A DNA stretch of 64,000 nucleotides from Paramecium tetraurelia. Taxonomy: Eukaryota. Location: assembly GCA_000165425.1 (NCBI GenBank), contig CT868385.1, positions 62,001-126,000 of the forward strand, read 5' to 3'. Position 1 is the stretch's first letter, and each line of letters starts with the position of its first letter. This document shows, one piece after another, positions 39,344-51,476 of the stretch. A program made the position numbers and the translations under genes. Below the pieces are notes generated by a model. The model was not told where the DNA came from. It did no database searches and worked only from the letters and a program-made list of their open reading frames with translations.

Positions 39344-40190
39344 TTCAATTATATTATTAATAGTACATTATTCAATGCTGGCAAACTCATAATATTCAAA
39401 TTAGCATTTCTTAAATATTTTTTCACTCTATTTATCTGGTTGCTTATTATCAACCTCATTTAATTCTGATATTAAATATTATAAATAATCGTTGTTATAA
39501 ATTAATTACAATATACAATATTAGATTTTGCTCTTATGATGATTTCAAATCATATAAGTTTAAAAATATCATGGATTAAAATCTCATCAGATTAAGCTTA
39601 GATAATTTTTCAATTATATTCTCTTTTTTCTGTATTCAAATTTTTAGCAATCAATTATAAATGCATGTTAAAATATAATTATATTTATTTGAATTGGATT
39701 ATGGACCTGACTTTAGAAATATATTTATTTAGAATATATGATGAATATTTTTTTGATTAAATATTTTATTTATTATTTTAGATAATAAGCATGAAATTGC
39801 AATTTTGAATTTTTTTAATAAATAGAAAATTCGAATCAATTTTGCTTTGTATTTTTGGACGCAATAAATCTTGAATTTATTAGTGTAAAAACAAAGATCA
39901 AGTATTTGATGCTTATATTTACATATATATAAGACAAATGAGGATATATTATTACTGGAATTTAAATTTGGTATTCAATTTGAACACTCAAATTGAAACA
40001 ATTAAATCTTGTTTTTTCTTATTTTTGGAATCATTAATAATTGATCATTCTTTTGTCGATAGAGAAGTACAACTTATCTTAGAATGAAAGTAAATATATT
40101 ATAAATAAAGTAATACTTTTATTATCTCAATTCAACAGAGATATAAGGTTGCAATATTTAATTTTGAATTAAACAATAAATATATTAAGA

Positions 40191-42169
40191 ATGTTTATTA
40201 ATTTGTAGAAAAAGGCACTAAAAGGCCTGAAAAAAGTAGATATTTTTTCATAGCCTGTACAACTACTAATAAAATAAGAAGAGGGACATAAAACCCTATT
40301 TGGAGCTTTCCTGACTTTGGGATTAGTTGTCTTCTTCCTTTATCTTCTCGTTATCAATCTCTATGTTCTATCGCAAAGAAAAAATCCAACCTCACTAACG
40401 ACGGAGTTTTTCCATTCACAGCCAGACTAATTTAAATACAATGAAAAAAACTTCACCTTAACGTTTGCTTTCCAATCTCCAGATTACTCAACATATATAG
40501 ATGAATCAGTCTATGTTGTAGAAGCAAAAATTAGAAGTAAAACTACAAAGATGTATTAATTATCTTAATTAATAGGGTTGATGATTAGAAAATAGAAGAG
40601 TGGACTTCTTAAGACCTTCCAATAACATAGTGCTCCAAAGAAATTATTAGACAGGTTGAATTATAAGAATACTTTTCTCATTTAAATTTATTGACTAATT
40701 ATTGTATTGATTGGAATAGAATAAAGGAAATTAATTTGGAAGGTACTTTTGATGCTCGAAATTTTAGTTTTGTTGAATTATAATTTAAAATGTGTAATAA
40801 TCAAACAAAACAATCAAAGGAATGTAGGTCAAGAGATGAAATTAAATAATTACTAGAATAGAATTATTTTTCTCTTTAGATGTCCTCTTATGTCATCGAT
40901 GTAAAAAATGAAGAACAGCCTTATTTATAAAGAGGTGAAGATATTTTCACAACAATTTCCAGTAAAATATTTAAAGAAATTACTTTCTACATGGAACCAA
41001 TAACAATATTTACAGATCTAGGTCTTATTTCAGAAGATTACTAAGTTCAAAAAACCTTAAGATACAAAAGACATACAGAAATGATTGATTTAAATGAAAG
41101 TGATTTAATAATGAATGTTCTAATAAGATTAGATTAAATTGAATAGCAATATTATAGAAGTTACACAAAAATTCAAATCATTTTGAGTTAAATGGGAGGA
41201 CTATGGTAAGTATTCTTTACAGTAGCCTTTTTAATATAGAAACCAATTAATTTGATATCTTATTATGTAAGAATAATGAATTCATTATTTCAATTTGAAT
41301 AGGAGAGTAAAAAAGAAATAATTATGGAAATAGATGAATAGGCAAACATACCCGAGGAAGAATTAATGACAAGAAAATACTAATATTCTTCTAGGTAAGA
41401 CCAATTAGTTATTTAAAATAAAAACAGAGCATTTTAACGATTATAATCTATTAGAGTAAAGAAGAAATAAATTGATGTGATTGATTCTATGGCTGTTGAA
41501 ACCAAATAAAAAGAAGAAGCTCGGTAATAATTGACAAAAGCTATATCGCTTTCAATTAAATAGTATTTCCAAACCGTCTCAAAAAAGCTCAGAATGAAAT
41601 GGACTGATTATGTGTATTTCATAAGCTGCTTTGTTAAGTAAAATATTAAATATAGTGTTTTTAGTTCTGACAATTATAAAAGTTTACAAATTGAATATTC
41701 TGTCCAAAAAATAATTAAGTAAATGGATATTTTATATATAATGAAGAAACTGTAAGAAATAGATAAATTAAAAATGATCTTATTAACTGAATCCTAGATA
41801 AAGGTGTTTGATTACGTTTAAAAACCAACCATCCCATTAGATCCAAATTCAAAGTAGTTTAACACTAGTGAGAGTTATTATTCAATATTGAAACCAATCA
41901 AAACTGATTTTTAGAGAGCTATAGAGGCATAAAATGCTTTTAAAGAAATAGTCCAAAATTTAGATAATCCAATCAACGTGAAATTAATAAACTCTATAGA
42001 TAAAACAATAGTTGATTTAATAAAAATCACAAAGAATACTTAGGAGTTAGCATCTATAGACAATGCCGATATAAACGAGTAAGCATAAGAAAAAAATACT
42101 GTATTTGCAATAGATATACGAAAGAAGCAGTCCTCATTAATTAATTATTAACCCAATTTTAAATAATGA
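40191..42169 (+). CDS. Two-transmembrane protein with large Cys-containing ectodomain (ciliate-expanded family, function unknown)
   Basis: TM1 follows KKVDIFSQPV...HKTLFGAFLTL. The ectodomain has four Cys. TM2 is YYRSYTKIQIILSQMGGLWQVFFTVAFLI. The cytosolic tail has MDILYIMKKLQEIDKLKMILLTESQIKVFDY. Confidence 0.8.
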
Positions 42170-42539
42170 TAATATGATGAATATATATTTTGTGTATTTA
42201 AGTAAATAATTTTAGTTATATCTTTAATATTAACTTTTTCTAAGTAATGCCAAATAGAATTGACGGGAAGTGTTAATACTTGTAATATTGAAATGAAAAG
42301 ATGGAGTTTCTCTAAAAGTACTTATAAAGTAAGGATACTTACTTAATTCCTATTAGGGAGTCTTTAATTTTGATTCAAATTAGAATATGAATTATTATTA
42401 TATATAATTTTCCAAAATCTGGGGGAATAAAAGCGATGGGAGATATTTATTGAGAGACAATTTAAATTTTGAATAATTTTTGGTTAAATTTAAATTTTTC
42501 AATCGAAATCTGATTCGATGATTTTATTAAATTATATTA

Positions 42540-44022
42540 ATGATAAATAATTCACTAAGAAAAGCACTTATCTAATGCTTCAGTCCTTTGGGATTAAGAG
42601 GTTCCCTATACAGTTTCTCATACTCAAATAATTATAGATAGCACTCCTCAAGATCATAGTATACTGGATCGTACCATTAAAGATCTCTGATATCATTTGG
42701 GGAATTTGCTCGACATTGTGAATTGTTATCGAAAGAAGAATAAAGTTAAATCGTAAAAAAATTAAAATTGCTTCCTGAAGCTTCTTCTAATGATGTAATG
42801 AACTTCATCAAAGAAAACAAGATACAGGGCAACATTTTTAATATTGCTCAGAATTTTGATTTTCTTCCTCAAAATCTTTAGGAAGCTTTAAAAGCAAAGA
42901 GCATAACATCTCCATCTGCAATTCAATAAGCAATCATCCCATTGATCTTTGAGGGTCATGATGTGATTGCAATCGCAGAAACAGGATCAGGTAAGACACT
43001 TGCTTATGCTTTGCCTGGAATAATGCACATGCAAGCTCAACCACAAATCACTGGTCCAAGAATATTGGTTTTGGCTCCAACAAGAGAATTGGCCTAGCAA
43101 ATTTAGACTCAATATGATCTCTTTGTGAAAACCTGTTGTTTATTTGGAGGAATACAGAAACCTCTTCAATATGTGGGTTTGTTGGGTAGAACAAATAAGT
43201 TTGCTAAACCGTAAACACCCAAAGTGATTATTGCCACTCCAGGGAGATTACTAGATTTTATCAAAGATGGCTTACCATTGAAATCAATTACTTAGGTGGT
43301 TTTGGATGAGGCTGATAGAATGTTGGATATGGGTTTTGAAGATTAAATACGTGATGTTTTGAAAGAAGTCAGAAAAGATAGACAAACATTATTCTTTAGT
43401 GCCACTTGGCCAAAGGAAGTGTAGAGATTGGCAAATAATTTATGCAATGAAGATCCAGTCTTTTTGCAATTAGGAGAGAGAGGATTGTCTGTGAATAAGA
43501 ATATCACTTAAAGTTTGATAATCTCTGGTGGAAATAAGTTCGAATAATTAATTGAATACTTCAATCAAATCAAGGATAAAAAGGTTTTGGTGTTTTGTTA
43601 AAAGAAAATAGACACATAAAAGCTTGAGTATAAATTATCATAGCATGGAATCAATGCTAGATATTTACACGGAGATTTAAGATAAAATCAGAGAGATTTC
43701 ATCATGTAAGAGTTTAGAGATGGAAGTGCTAAATGCTTAATTACAACTAATTTAGCTTCAAGAGGATTAGATGTTTCAGATGTAGATATTGTGGTAATTA
43801 TTATTATTTATAATTATGCAGATTAATTATGATTTCCCTGAAAATATTGAAGATTATATCCACAGAATTGGCCGAACTGGTAGGGCTGGCAAGAAGGGAG
43901 AGGCTTTGAGCTTTATTGAACCTAATGATTTGGACTCCAAACTCAAAGATGATCTCATCAAAGTTTTTAAATAATCCTGTTAGGAGATTCCATCACAATT
44001 ATAGAAACTCAAGGTGTATTGA
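42540..44022 (+). CDS. DEAD-box RNA helicase (Dbp2/DDX5-like core), probable mitochondrial presequence
   Basis: [61 protein letters not shown]. The N-terminus is Arg/Ser/Leu-rich and acid-free. Confidence 0.93.
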
Positions 44023-44135
44023 TATAGTTTTCATGTTGTTTAATTCCATTATCAATATTGGTCAGCTTAACTTATAGACTATTCTATACATTCGGACTTA
44101 ATTATAGAACAAAAATTTCAAGTTTATAAATATCA

Positions 44136-44865
44136 ATGTACATCAATTAATCGAATCCTATTTACTTCTATGTTCCTTACTATATCCCATTCTAATTCAA
44201 TTCTCGACAGCCTTAGGAAATCCCAAAGGTTGAATTGCATGTTGATAGCCTTACAAGCTAAGTTAAACCTTCCAATGAAGAAATTCACACTAACGCTAGC
44301 GGAATTATTCGAGGAAAGGGATAATTATGGACTTAAAAGGAAATCAACAATCTAATTTCATATTATAAAAAGTATAAGGGCAATTGGAAGCAAATTATCA
44401 AACATCTCAAAGGTAGAAATATTTCCCAATGTTCTCAAAAATACAGAAAACTCTAAGACTAAGAGAAAAGGACAAAAAGAAAATGGTCTTCCTCTGAAGA
44501 TCAAATTTTGAGAGAAGCCTACAAAGAATTTGGAAGACAATGGATCAAAATAAGTGAACGTAACAATTATAATGATTGTTTAGGATTACCAGGTCGAACC
44601 TCAAAGTAAGTGAGAGATAGATATGTCAATTAAATAGACCCGACCATTACACATTAAGAATGGTCAGCAGAGGAGGATAAGACAATATTGGATGAATACA
44701 ATAAAGGAGGAGCAAGATGGGCTATAATTGCTAAAATGCTTAGAAATAGATCGGTAACGGAAATGGTCATATTTTTAGGAAAATCAAGTTAAAAATCGTT
44801 TTTATTACACAATTCTAAAAAAATACTCAGGAGAGAAGCACCCATACTTAAAAGTATAAGAATGA
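44136..44865 (+). CDS. Three-repeat Myb DNA-binding protein
   Basis: WTQKEINNL..KGNWKQI..GRNISQCSQKY; WSSSEDQIL..FGRQWIKI..LPGRTSKQVRDRY; WSAEEDKTI..GARWAIIAKMLRNRSENQVKNRFY. Two introns. Confidence 0.93.
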
Positions 44866-44949
44866 CGATTAAGTTGAGTTTTAGGTTTGATTAATTAAAT
44901 TCTCAAAATATATTAAATTTTATTCATTAAAATGCATTATCAAACATTA

Positions 44950-47081
44950 TCAAACTTTTTATTTATATAAATTTTCAATTTATTTAGAAAATATTTATTT
45001 GGCAACATGTCTTTGTAATTTTAAAGTGGAAGTGAGACATCCTAAGTTTTAAAGAGGTTGAGGTTCTAAATATATTAATTTTGCCTAATCATAATTTTAA
45101 TTATATTACTATTTCCAATGAATTGAGTTGATTTTATCTGCCAAAAGTTTCAATGTTTTGTTAAATCAAAGCAATCATCTTTTAATTTTGACATAATTCC
45201 TATAAGCTCCCTTAAATTTACATCTAAGCTGCCTATTTCTATATATAGTCACTTTAAGGGACTATAATGGCTACTATTTAACTTTAAAGAGAATCCCCAT
45301 AAACAAAACTTTCTGCTACTCCTGGGACTCTATTGTAGACTGACTCAATCTTCTCTGGTGCAATATATTCTCCTTAAGATAATTTGAAAATGTTTTTCTT
45401 TCTATCAATAATCTTTACACCTCCCTATTCAGTGATCATTCCAATATCGCCTGTATGTAACCATCCTTCTGAATCCAAAGCTTCTGCTGTTTTTGTAGGA
45501 TCCTTATAGTATCCTACAAAAACACCAGGTCCTCTTAAACAGATTTCTCCTCTAGGGGTTGCTCTTACCTCATCTTTATTTCCCCTGCGAACTGTTATAG
45601 TATCTTAAGCAGTATAATTCATTTCAGGAACATCCACTAATTTGAATTCAGTATTAGCTGCTGGACCACCTAAATGAGAGGATACTGGATCCCAGATAGC
45701 CGTTGAGAACGATAGAGCAGAGGATTCCGTTTACCCATAACCTTCTAGTATTGGGCAACAAGCTGCAATTTTTAAAAAGTCAATAACATCTTATTAAATT
45801 GGGGCTGATCCTGTGACCATCAATCTACATCTGCCTCCAAATAATTGTCTGACTCCCTCAAATGCTTTATCAAATAAAGAATTTGTATAACTTGCTTCGG
45901 ATCTAAGAGCTGATAGTTTAGAACTGATAGCCTATTCAACAAAAGCTTTCTTTAATCCTGTGACTTCTGAGATTTTAGCCTTGATTCCATCGCAGAATTT
46001 ATTGTAAAGCCTAGGAACTGATACAAAGATAGTAGGTCTTAATTTTAAAATATCCTCCTTTAGTAAATTTGGATCTCCTCTATAAAATCTAAAAATATGG
46101 ACTTGCAATTACCCTATTTAAGCACCAACATATAATAAGGATATTACTATTAGTCTCTCCATAACATGCGGCAAAGGCAAATAAGATAGATGGACATCAT
46201 TATCATTTATTCGTGCATCTGTAATTTAAGTGCTCGCCACAGCTGACACGAAATTGCCATGAGTTATCAAAGCTCCTTTTGGATTTCCGGTAGTTCCAGA
46301 AGTATAGCAGATGGTATACATGGTTTCTGGATAGATTTGAGCAAGCGGTTATATCTGAATTCTGCCATTTTATACAACATCTTCGTATTTAAATAATTTA
46401 TATCCTTTAGTTTTCAATTCCTAATTTGCACAGATAGTAATACTCTCTCTAATTCTTCGGGGAGTGGATCAAATAAAACCAAATTTTATAATTTGCCTTT
46501 CTCTTTACATTTTAGCAATGATTTAGATGCATCAGCAGTCAGAAACATTGTTTCGATATTAGTCTGGTTTAGAATGAATGGGATTGACTCAGGACCTATC
46601 AATGAATATTGAAGAAATTTACCCAAGGTATCATAAAAAGGAACCATTGTATATCCATATAGTATATTTGCAATATCAAGAATAACCCATTCTCTTCTAT
46701 TTTTACCAAACACTCCTATCAATTTCATTTTATAATTCTTATATTCATTAACTTCATTTGCCAGACCCCATGTCTTAATACTAAGTAATCTCTTATACAT
46801 AAGTACCCACTTCCTAAATGGATGGCTTCTTCTTAAACTTACGAATAAGTCATAAACGAGAAATCGTCTCCAATAAATGAGCCTAAGCATTATTTGCCAG
46901 CATATCTCTCAGCACTTTTAGAAAATAAATCCTGTAAGTTCAGAACCCCTTATTCAGGAACAGAGAGTAATGAAGTAGTATATTTGACATTTCTTCTAAT
47001 TTCAGATTGCCCTTCCTTAGCTTCTTGAACCTTAGTAGAATAGGACATGTGAGGTGCAACATTGGATACTCGACAACCCAT
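44950..47081 (-). CDS. Long-chain fatty acyl-CoA synthetase (AMP-binding family)
   Basis: [75 protein letters not shown]. Starts MGC. Confidence 0.95.
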
Positions 47082-47194
47082 TCGATTAGATAAATAAAAT
47101 TTATGTAATCATAATTGATCAAAATTTATAGTTAAAGGAATTAAAGTTATTTAATGTTAAATTACTGTATATTTAAACACACAATGAACATAAA

Positions 47195-49356
47195 TCAATC
47201 AACTTCTTCCATCTTTGATTTGGTGGCTTCGGTGTTAGCATCTTCCTTTTTCTAAGAAAAATATAAATGATTAATAATACCTCTAATTATGGAAGTTTCT
47301 CATCTTCTTCTTCAATACCAGCATCATCAATTGATAAACCGAGTTTGATCATCTTGTGGATTCTGTTGGCAAAGTGAGTTGGGTCATCAAGACTGAATCC
47401 AGAAGTAAGAAGGGCAGTTTCATAGAGTAACCAGATGAGGTCCTTGACTGTCTTGTCACTCTTATCCTTGTCTGACTTCTTCTTTAATTCAGTGAGGATT
47501 GGGTGATTGGCATTGATTTCTAATGTCTTCTTGGACATCATGTAACTGCTCATTGATGGATCTCTCAAAGCTTAAGCCTTCATGATTCTTTCCATATTGG
47601 CAGACCATCCATATTCACCGGTGACTAAGACACATGGTGATTAGTCGAGTCTTTATCCTAATTAGACCTTTTCAACCTTGTCTCCCAAGATTTCCTTGAC
47701 TAATTTGCATAATCCTTCAAATGCTGACTTTTATTCTTCGAATTTCTTCTTCTCATCTTCAGTTTAATCTAAGTCTAAGCCTTCCTTTGTGCAATTCTTC
47801 AATTTCTTTCCATCGAATTCCTTCAATTATTGGATGACGTATTCATCAATTGGGTCAATCATATAGAGGACTTCATAATCCTTCTTCTTCAAGGCTTCAA
47901 CAAATGGTGAAGCAGCAACTGAGGCTTTGGATTCTCCAGTAATGAAGAAGATATCCTTTTATCCTTCCTTCATTTTTCCCGACATAGTCCTTGAGTGAGA
48001 TTAATTCTTCACCACTCTTTGGATGTGTGGAATCTGAGGAATTCGCTCAATTTGGTTCTGTTGGCTGAATCTTCATGGATACCTAATTTGAGATTCTTTG
48101 AGAATTGTTCATAGAATTTCTTGTAATCTTCAGCATTTTCACTGATTTCTGTGATCATTTCGATGCATTTCTTGGTGATGTTCTTCTTGATGACTTTCAA
48201 GATCTTGTTGTGTTACAAGAATTCTCCTTGAAATATTCAAGGGTAAATCTTCAGAATCAACGACTCCCTTAACGAATCCCAAATATTCTGGGATCAATTC
48301 TTCACAATCATCCATAATGAAAACTCTTCTGACGTACAATTTGATGTTGTTCTTCTTCTTCTTTGTTTCGAACAAATCGAATGGTGCTCTCTTTGGAATG
48401 AAGAGGACAGCCTTGAATTCCAAACCTCCTTCAACTGAGAATTATTTGACTGTCAAATGTTCTTCCCAATCGTTGGTCAATTATTTGTAGAAGTTAGCAT
48501 ATTCTTCCTTGGTGATATCTTCTGGTTTCTTCATCCATAAAGGCTTGTTCTTGTTAACTTATTCGAATTCGGTACTGACTTCCTTGCATCTTCTTCTTCT
48601 TCTTTTCAGCCTTGTTCCTTCTCTTCTTAGGACTTCACCTTCTTCAGCCTTCTTTTCCTTATTTTCATCTTCATCATCACTGACTTCCTTCTCTGTTGTC
48701 TTTTCAATTTATAATTCAATTGGGAATCCAATGAATTCTGAGTGTTTCTTGACCAAATCCTTGATTCTCTTTTCTTCCAAGAATTCTAAGTTATCTTACT
48801 TCATGTGTAAGATGATGATTGAACCTCTTGTCAATTAGACTGGGTTTTCAACATCATCATAGACAAAGAATGTACCACCAGCTTATGATTCCCATCTGTA
48901 TTATTATTCACCAACAGCCTTGGAGATGACAACAACCTTATCAGCGACCAAGTAAGCAGAGTAGAAACCGACACCAAATTGTCCAATCATAGAAATATCA
49001 GCTCCTGAGCTCAAAGCTTCCATGAAAGCCTTGGTACCTGACTTAGCAATGGTACCCAAGTTGTTGATCATTTCATCTCTGGTCATACCAATACCTGTAT
49101 CCTAGATGGTCAAAGTATTGTTATTTTTATCTGGGACAATCTTGATCTTGAAATTTGGTTCAACGTTCAAGCCAGCACTGTCTGGGTCTGTAATAGACTT
49201 ATATCTAATCTTATCTAAAGCATCTGATGCATTGGAGATCAATTCTCTCAAGAAAATTTCCTTGTTTGAATAGAATGTGTTGATAATTAAACCCATCAAT
49301 TGTTGGATATCTGCATTGAAGTGGAATTACTCTTCCTTCTTTTACTCTGTTGCCAT
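47195..49356 (-). CDS. HSP90: Cytosolic heat shock protein 90 (sequence as given carries six single-base insertions)
   Basis: [49 protein letters not shown]-terminal MEEVD*. Intron 47252-47280. Confidence 0.97.
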
Positions 49357-49417
49357 TTCTTAATTTTATGTTTAAAATTAATCTGTGAATCGAACTTCAT
49401 TTATACTCAATTTTTAT

Positions 49418-49438
49418 TTCTAGAAGTTTCGAATTTTC
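49418..49438. promoter_or_regulatory. Heat-shock element upstream of HSP90
   Basis: TTCtaGAAgtTTC (49418-49430) is a perfect three-unit nGAAn inverted array, followed by GAAttTTC, about 60 nt 5' of the HSP90 ATG. Confidence 0.7.
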
Positions 49439-49908
49439 AAAAAAAAGCAAATTTTTTCTTTTTTTATATAATTTTTGTTTAAATATATTCAAAAATGATG
49501 TCTAATAAATTCTAGTTTGACATTTTGCAAACTGAATTCAATTCTAAACAAAATCTCATCTCCAAACTATGTCAATCAACAAACTTGTCCACAAATAACA
49601 TTACTAAAGTATTGAACATGAATTATATATATCTGAACTATTAAATTGTAGTAATCCATAGAATATATATATATTTAATCAATATATTATTTCAATAAAC
49701 TCCTATTCTCTCTTATTAATTACATATCAATTGTAAAAACTTGAGTTTTTCAAGTAAAAATCACAAAATTTGAATTCTCATTTTATTTTGATGCTTCCAT
49801 ATGGTTTTCAAAGAAATAACAGGTTGATTGGTGTTGATTGTTATAAAAGAAGGTGTTCTGAATTATTAATAAAAAAGATTTAAATAAAAAATCAAATTTT
49901 TATCAAGA

Positions 49909-50586
49909 ATGGCAGCTAATAAGTTTTGGAAAAAGACAGAAGTAAATTACTTGTTTAATTATAAGTTAACTAATTTGGAATAATAAGTTGGTGTTGCATT
50001 GACTTAAATTGAGTAATCACTAGCTGATGCTAAGAATCTTAAACTATCATCAGTGGTTGATTACACAGCTAAAATTAATGCCAAGAAGTAGGTCTATTTG
50101 GTATACATTCCTCATCCCTGCTTATCCGTTTTCAATAAAGTTAGGTACCTTAAAAGGTGAAATTAAATAGCTCAAAATTATTACCAGAATTAGAAAAGAG
50201 ACTCAAAGCAACTATTCTTGTTGTTGCCAAAAGAACAATCGAAAGCAAATGGGTCAAGAGTCACAGATCATAAACAAGACCAAATTCAAGAACCCTCACC
50301 TCAGTCTATGATTCAATTCTTGAAGACCTTGTTGCACCAACATTCATCTTAGGAAGAAGAACAAGAGTCAGAGTTGACGGCACAAAATTCTATAGAATGT
50401 AAATACACCTCATTTAATCCTAGCTTCTTGGATGAATAAGACTAAGCAGAATTAGAACCCAGACTTGATGCCATTAAAGCTGTCTATAAATTATTAACAA
50501 CTAGAGATTTAGAATTTGAATTTAGAAGAGACGACGTTTTCTATTCAAAAAAAGGTGCAACCAAGAAAGTATAAAGAAAATAATGA
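49909..50586 (+). CDS. RPS7: 40S ribosomal protein S7 (eS7)
   Basis: LLPELEKR...VVAKRTI...[35 protein letters not shown]...[15 protein letters not shown]. Three short introns. Confidence 0.96.
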
Positions 50587-51476
50587 GCATTAATAATTTA
50601 GTACAATACAATAACACATGAAATAATAGTAATTTCCTAATTCTTTTTAATATTATTCCTATTTAGATTGAGATCAATTAAATTAACTCATAAATTATCA
50701 TAAATTCCTTATATTACTAAGAAGAGCAATAATTACTTCTTATTAGTATATAAATTTAATTTAGAGTCTCAGTGATCTTTTATCTTTGGTTAAATTTTAT
50801 TAACATTTAGATAATTTGAAAAATCCTTTACTCTTAACCTTTATTAAAAATGATTTCCTTTATTCTATTCTCTCCTTGCAGTTCTATGTTTTCGGAAAAA
50901 ATAGATTTAACACTATTCTCATAATGATTGATAATATGCTTAGAAGATATCTTGAATATATTAATTAATTAATGTATGCATATTAGAAAAAATAGATTCA
51001 AGGGAAAGAATCTTGGATAATCTAAACATCCCAGCATTATCCCTTTATTTCCTTAAAAAAAATATATGAATTAAACATAATTAAAGATAAATAAATAAAA
51101 TTAGTATCTTCTGCTATTAATTTTCTGAATATTAATAAGTTTTCTATCTAGTTTTATTATCATTTAAAAATAACGTTATTGTGAGTATAAAATTTAAAAT
51201 TAAGCACTTAATTTAATTATAAATGAGAAAAGAAAGAGTTGAAGTTTAGATTAAAAATTAGTTTTGTAGAATTTGATATACTATAATAAATTACTAACTT
51301 AACATCAGTGTAAAATACGAAAAATATGATGTATTTTGATATATTAACAAGTTGAACATTTATTTCTAATTCAACCTTTAGATAATTTGATTCATCAAAA
51401 ATCTTTATTAATTTATATAAAAGAATCAATTTGAATGATAGAAAAACTTATTTTAACTTATAGATAGCTTCATATT

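Noticed and set aside
47970..48640. Programmed ribosomal frameshifting in HSP90
   Set aside because: The sites share no common slippery motif (not the Euplotes AAA-TAR type, and TAR is sense here). Insertion-only clustering fits sequencing error.
48509..48838. ORF-track entries such as 48509-48838(+), 19409-19786(+), 4572-4844(-), 32904-33167(-)
   Set aside because: These are antisense shadows of real code-6 genes on the opposite strand.
49495..49861. Possible box C/D snoRNA or small ORF between HSP90 and RPS7
   Set aside because: The C boxes are imperfect, there is no convincing terminal stem or rRNA guide, and the ORF has no recognisable features.
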